64,000 nucleotides of DNA from Candidatus Woesearchaeota archaeon (lineage in GTDB: Archaea; Nanobdellota; Nanobdellia; Woesearchaeales; JAZDKJ01), in the NCBI GenBank assembly GCA_043803105.1, contig JAZDKJ010000005.1:75566-139565 (forward strand). The letters run 5' to 3'. Under the pieces are notes generated by a model. It did not search any database, was not told where the DNA came from, and worked only from the letters and a program-made list of their open reading frames with translations. Below are positions 59,120 through 64,000 of the stretch, piece by piece (the stretch's first letter is position 1; each line of letters opens with the position of its first letter). The position numbers were made by a program, and so were the translations under genes.

Positions 59120-60799
59120 TTACAGCTCTTTCACCATGTAAGGACCCTCTTTTTTGTATCCTAACTTTCTATAGTATTCGCGGACTCCAACGCCTGAAAT
59201 GATGACAATCTTTTTCTTTCTGTTCTTCCTTGCAATGCTCTCAGCACGCTTCAAGAGCATCTTGCCGAAGCCGCGGTGCTGTGTGGTTCCGATCTTTCCG
59301 AGCTTTGCAGTATCGCCATACACATGCAATTCACGAATAAGCGCTGAATTTCCTGCAATTTCCTTTCTTAACAATTGGGAGGGGAAGCGCAGCCTGCAAA
59401 AACCAATCAAGGAATTGCCTTGCTCTAGGCTTATGAAAAATTCTTTGCCACATGAGGCATCGTATTGCAGGGTTTTCAAGAGGTTTTTTCCCATTGGAAC
59501 AGTCCTGCCTATTTCGCGGCACCGAATACAGCGGCAAGAGATGCCATGCTGGATCATGTACTGCTCTATGTACTGTCGCAGGTTTGTCCTGTCAACGCCT
59601 GCAACAGTAGACTGGGTAGGAATATCTCGCTGAACCCGCATGATGCGCACATATTCTGGCAGAATCATCTTAACCGTGGCAATAAAGGATACAGCGTCCT
59701 GCGTTGACATTGGCACATAACTTCCCTTCCTGTACTGCAAATAAAGCTTTGTGCCTTTCATGACCATGCACGGATAAATCTTCAGCATGTCGGGCCTATA
59801 ATCCTGGTCACAAAAAAGCCTTAGAAAAGAAGAAAAGTCATTATCAACTGAAGAACCTGGAAGACCCAACATCATATGATAATTTATCTTAAAGCCCAAG
59901 TCCTTTAAAACCCTGGTTGCCTTTATTGTTGCAGCGACTGAATGGCCTCGATCAATTTTCTTGAGGACTGAGTCATCTAGGCTTTGCACTCCGAGCTCAA
60001 CCCTGGTACAGCCAAGCTCAAGCATGAAGTTTGCATGAGATAATTCTGCATAATCAGGACGAGTTTCAATAGTCAAGCCCACACAGCGCACCTTCGAAGT
60101 CTCATTACGGACCTGTTCATGTCCGAGTGAAACTATTTTTCTTGCCTTAAGAGCCAGAACCTTTTTCTTAATGCTCTTAGCCCTTCTCTTGTCTGTAAGT
60201 TCTCCAGGCAACTCAAAGAAATCCTTAAACTTGGCAATGTCAAGTTCGCCTTTGCTGAAGAATATCTGTGAGAAGTCATTCATTGCCTTGAACAAGAATG
60301 TGACGAACTGCGTTTGATAAAGTCTGGGAAAAGACGTAAAGGTTCCTCCCATGATTATCAGCTCGATCTTTTCAGGCAGGTGGCCAGAACAAACATACTG
60401 CTCGAGCCTGTTGAAAATCTGGAGGTAAGGGTCAAAGTCGTTCCTTATGGCGCGCCTTGTTGCCGGTTCTTGTCCTGTATAACTTTGTGGTACATCGCCA
60501 AAAAAACTTTTTGGGCCGCCAGGACAATAAACGCATTTTCCGTGAGGGCATTTCATAGGCTTTGACATGACAGCGCAGACTGTTACACCGCTTTTTCCTC
60601 TCACAGGCTTTATCTGAAGCAAGGGCAAAAAAGAACGAAACCTTTTCTCATCCAGGCTTAAAAGAATCTCAATATCGCTCGGAACATTCTTCACCTTGTA
60701 TTTTGAGCAAAGCCTAACCTTGAGTTTTGAGAGCTCTGCCTTGTCAATCCTTCCATGGCTCAAATGACTGCAGAGCTCATCCAAATATGCTTCATTCAT
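59120..60799 (-). CDS. elp3: Elp3 tRNA uridine(34) acetyltransferase
   Basis: CPHGKCVYCPGG, ETRPD, KIYP, RVQRDIP, RELHVYG, QHRGFG. Confidence 0.96.
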   Translation of the reverse strand: MNEAYLDELCSHLSHGRIDKAELSKLKVRLCSKYKVKNVPSDIEILLSLDEKRFRSFLPLLQIKPVRGKSGVTVCAVMSKPMKCPHGKCVYCPGGPKSFFGDVPQSYTGQEPATRRAIRNDFDPYLQIFNRLEQYVCSGHLPEKIELIIMGGTFTSFPRLYQTQFVTFLFKAMNDFSQIFFSKGELDIAKFKDFFELPGELTDKRRAKSIKKKVLALKARKIVSLGHEQVRNETSKVRCVGLTIETRPDYAELSHANFMLELGCTRVELGVQSLDDSVLKKIDRGHSVAATIKATRVLKDLGFKINYHMMLGLPGSSVDNDFSSFLRLFCDQDYRPDMLKIYPCMVMKGTKLYLQYRKGSYVPMSTQDAVSFIATVKMILPEYVRIMRVQRDIPTQSTVAGVDRTNLRQYIEQYMIQHGISCRCIRCREIGRTVPMGKNLLKTLQYDASCGKEFFISLEQGNSLIGFCRLRFPSQLLRKEIAGNSALIRELHVYGDTAKLGKIGTTQHRGFGKMLLKRAESIARKNRKKKIVIISGVGVREYYRKLGYKKEGPYMVKEL

Positions 60800-60830
60800 G
60801 TGCAAAAGAAAATGTGTTAAGCTTAAAAGC

Positions 60831-63455
60831 TTAATCAAACTGCTTTGTCAAGGCAACAGTCAGCTTAGTCAAGAGTGTTCCTGCAATGTAAACACCTGCG
60901 CAGAGGGCAAGCACGACAGAAACATCAGTAAGGTTCATAGGCATGCTATTGAAGACTGTGTTGATAGGGGTAAACACCACCAAGAGCTGTGCAAGGATCG
61001 AGGCAAGAACAGCATAAACAAGGAAGCGATTAGAGAAAATGCCTGTGTGGTACTGCTGCCTAATTATCTGCACACGAGCCATCTCGAGAAAAACTATGGT
61101 AGTAAAGGCAAGGGTCTGGGCTTTTATGGGGCTCTGCCTTAAACCAAACCAAAAAGCAAAGAGAGTTGCAAGGCAAATAAGCGCCCCGGTTGCAAATACG
61201 TTGTAAGTCATGTTCCGGCTGATGATAGGGGCTTTTGGATCACGAGGCTTTCGCTTCATTATGTTAGGGTCAATCGGGTCAACACCAAGTGCAAGCGCAG
61301 GCAGCCCGTCTGTCACAAGATTAACCCAGAGAAGCTGCACAGCAACCAGTGGGATGATTACAGCGCCCACAGCATCCTTAAAGCCTATAATCATTGCGAC
61401 AAAAAGAACAAGGAGCTCACCAAAGTTACAGGATAGCAGGTAGTTGACAAATTTCTTTATGTTGTCCTCAATGCCCCTACCTTCCTCAATAGCGCTCACA
61501 ATCGAGGCAAAATTATCATCTGTGAGAATCATGGCAGAACTTTCTTTTGCCACATCAGTACCCTTGATGCCCATCGCAATGCCAATATGAGCCTTTTTTA
61601 ATGCAGGGGCATCATTCACACCGTCGCCGGTCATTGCAACAATGTGGCCTTTCTTCTGCAAGGCATCAACAATCTGAATCTTGTGCTCTGGATTGACCCT
61701 AGCGTATATGCCAATAGATTCAACCTCTTTTTCAAGCTCGATTGTATCAAGCTCAGAGGCATTTATTGCACGGCCGATGATACCTATGTCTTTTGCGATT
61801 GCCTTTGCAGTCTCCTCATAATCACCTGTGACCATGACGACCTTTATGCCAGCATCGTTGCACTGTCTGATAGCCAGCTTAACCTCTTCGCGAGGAGGAT
61901 CAATCATTGCCTGCAAACCGACAAAGACAAGATCTTCCTCCTTGAACTCGGACTCATAATGCTTGTAGGCAAAACCCAAGACCCTCAAGGCTTGAGAGGC
62001 AAATTCCTTGTTTGCGGCAAGAATCTTTTCCTTGTCTTCATTAGAGAGAATTCTCGCACCACCATTCTCAAAGACTCGCGTACAGAGGGAAAGGACAATC
62101 TCCGGAGCGCCCTTGACAAAGGCAATATGCTTGCCATCATGGTCATGAATAGTAACCATGCGCTTTCGCGCAGAATCAAACTGAATCTCATCCACTCTTG
62201 GATAGAGCCTTTGCTGTTCTGCTGAATCTATGCCTGCCTTTGCAGCGCTAACCAAGAGGCTTGCCTCTGTAGGGTCACCGATGACCTCGTTATCCTTGAG
62301 CACTGCGTCGTTGTTAAGCAGGCCAATCCTCACCAGCATCTGGACAACAGAGAGCTCAACTGGCTTACCCTGGCAGAGCAGTTTGCCTTTAGGATCATAG
62401 CCTGAGCCAGTCACCTCAATGACCTTAAAATTGGAATACATTCTCGTGACAGTCATCTCGTTCTTGGTGAGGGTGCCAGTCTTGTCTGTGCAGATGACTG
62501 TTGTAGCGCCAAGGGTTTCCACAGATGGCAGGTTTCTGACTAGAGCGTTCCTTCTTACCATGCGTTGAACACCCAAAGCAAGGGAGATAGTGACAACAGC
62601 AGGCAAGCCTTCTGGTATGACAGCAACAGCTAGGGCAACTGAGACCATAAATATGTTTAGCAATTTCTCTCCCCTGAAAAGTCCAGAGACAAAAACAATT
62701 GCACAGACTGCAAGAGTAAGGTAACCGAGCCATGCACCAAGCTTTTTCAGCTTCTGCTGCAAAGGTGTTGCTTCTTCCTTAACAGATTGGATCAGGCCGG
62801 CGATCTTGCCGAGTTCTGTAGCCATGCCAGTCTGCACAACAACAGCAGTTGCCCTGCCTTTTGTAATGACAGTACCAGAAAAAAGCATGTTCTTCTGGTC
62901 GCCTAAAGAAAGCTTGCCTTCAAGAGGTTCAACCAGCTTTTTCACAGGAACTGACTCGCCTGTAAGAGAGGCTTCCTCTGCCTCGAGATTCTTGATGTCA
63001 ACAAGCCTGCAATCAGCAGGCACCTTGTCGCCAGTCTCAACCAATATGATATCTCCGGGAACGAGTTCGCGGGCAGCTATTCTCTGAATCGAGGAATTTC
63101 GCACAACCTTTGCCTGCAGGCTCGCAAGCCTCTTTAGCGCAGCTATTGCCTTTTCAGCCTTGTACTCCTGGATAAAGCCAAAAACAGCATTTAGGATGAG
63201 TATAACAGCAATGGCAATACTGTCAATATACTCTCCAATAAAGGCAGAGACAATCGTGGCAGAAATAAGGATATAGACGATAAAGTTCTGAAACTGCTTA
63301 AGAAAGAGCAACAATTTGGATTTTGGCTTTTTTTCAATGAGCTCGTTGTAGCCAAATTTCTGCAAGCGCGCAAGGGCCTCGTCGCTTGAAAGACCATTTA
63401 AATCAGTCTTCAAGTCCTGCAAGACTTGCTTGGCCGCCTTATCAAAATAGTTCAT
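60831..63455 (-). CDS. P-type ATPase, Ca2+-transporting (P2A) type
   Basis: TGES, PEGL, DKTGTLT, KGAPE, TGDGVNDAPAL. Confidence 0.95.
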   Translation of the reverse strand: MNYFDKAAKQVLQDLKTDLNGLSSDEALARLQKFGYNELIEKKPKSKLLLFLKQFQNFIVYILISATIVSAFIGEYIDSIAIAVILILNAVFGFIQEYKAEKAIAALKRLASLQAKVVRNSSIQRIAARELVPGDIILVETGDKVPADCRLVDIKNLEAEEASLTGESVPVKKLVEPLEGKLSLGDQKNMLFSGTVITKGRATAVVVQTGMATELGKIAGLIQSVKEEATPLQQKLKKLGAWLGYLTLAVCAIVFVSGLFRGEKLLNIFMVSVALAVAVIPEGLPAVVTISLALGVQRMVRRNALVRNLPSVETLGATTVICTDKTGTLTKNEMTVTRMYSNFKVIEVTGSGYDPKGKLLCQGKPVELSVVQMLVRIGLLNNDAVLKDNEVIGDPTEASLLVSAAKAGIDSAEQQRLYPRVDEIQFDSARKRMVTIHDHDGKHIAFVKGAPEIVLSLCTRVFENGGARILSNEDKEKILAANKEFASQALRVLGFAYKHYESEFKEEDLVFVGLQAMIDPPREEVKLAIRQCNDAGIKVVMVTGDYEETAKAIAKDIGIIGRAINASELDTIELEKEVESIGIYARVNPEHKIQIVDALQKKGHIVAMTGDGVNDAPALKKAHIGIAMGIKGTDVAKESSAMILTDDNFASIVSAIEEGRGIEDNIKKFVNYLLSCNFGELLVLFVAMIIGFKDAVGAVIIPLVAVQLLWVNLVTDGLPALALGVDPIDPNIMKRKPRDPKAPIISRNMTYNVFATGALICLATLFAFWFGLRQSPIKAQTLAFTTIVFLEMARVQIIRQQYHTGIFSNRFLVYAVLASILAQLLVVFTPINTVFNSMPMNLTDVSVVLALCAGVYIAGTLLTKLTVALTKQFD

Positions 63456-63736
63456 TTTTTCTTTAACTTACTGATGAAATACTCCAGGCAATCAATCGCG
63501 CAAAAACTTGCCTTCATGCGCATATCTGGCGGACCAAAAACCAGAGAAAAGGCCTTGCGATCAGAGGGTATCTCTGAGGCACAACTGACGCAAACTCTGC
63601 CATGCTCGATTTGCTTTTTTGCAAGCTTATCATTGACAATCTTTGAGAGCTCTCCCCTGTCAACAGTATCCTTGAGCTTCTGCAGCTCGCAAAAATCAAG
63701 CGCTTCAACAAAATCCATGAGCCTTTCTCTCATCAT
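63452..63736 (-). CDS. small zinc-binding hypothetical protein
   Basis: CVSC...FCAIDC. Confidence 0.65.
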   Translation of the reverse strand: MMRERLMDFVEALDFCELQKLKDTVDRGELSKIVNDKLAKKQIEHGRVCVSCASEIPSDRKAFSLVFGPPDMRMKASFCAIDCLEYFISKLKKK

Positions 63737-63843
63737 CCCACCTTTTTTAATTATGAGGCCTGGTGGTTGCCAGGCCTCCTTCTTGCGCAAAAAACCTGAT
63801 TGGGCTTTTTGCTCACACCTCTTTTTCCCTGCCGCAAGAAGCG

Positions 63844-64000
63844 TCAACTCTGTATCCTGAAGTCAATGTACCAGCGCCTAAGCGCTGCATCGTAATGGAA
63901 GACCACGAAGTACTTCTTCTTGAGGTCGAGGGAGAACAGGATGGGCATTGGGATTGTGGTCTCAAAGCTAGAGCCTCTCTTGTACAGCTTGCGCTTGAGC
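63844..64000 (-). CDS. AbrB-like small protein, partial
   Basis: Hand translation KRKLYKRGSSFETTIPMPILF. Confidence 0.55.
   Translation of the reverse strand, partial: LKRKLYKRGSSFETTIPMPILFSLDLKKKYFVVFHYDAALRRWYIDFRIQS

Noticed and set aside
1-64000. tRNA or rRNA genes, transposases, canonical integrase
   Set aside because: None recognised by eye; a tRNA or HMM scan was not possible.

Overview
Archaeal chromosome segment, probably DPANN/Woesearchaeota-like (inferred from LonB, Dph2, PIN-rpoE1-spt4-S24e-S27ae, L1-L10-L12 and Elp3, alongside bacterial-type uvrA/C/B and metK). About 1-32 kb and 56-64 kb are mostly housekeeping. The main signal is at 32.25-48.5 kb, directly downstream of metK. 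There, six diverged direct copies of the last ~22 codons of metK (peptide xPDFTWExxDKAExLRKEAGL*) alternate with five copies of a second ~34-bp site. Both site types share an ~18-bp core (AAACTCnnCYCWTCCnGAY). The sites punctuate a train of unrelated cargo modules: an arsenic operon, a TrpF-like gene, MazEF, an AbiE-like pair, MNT-HEPN, an ice-binding protein and pseudogene debris. This looks like an integron-like cassette array that grows at the 3' end of metK, with no integrase visible inside it. Other signals are a separate HEPN/MNT module between 24-bp direct repeats, a small double-hairpin insertion element, a type IB topoisomerase-like gene splitting uvrA from uvrC, and an ice-binding protein/sortase pair. 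All calls come from reading motifs by eye; no database searches were run.
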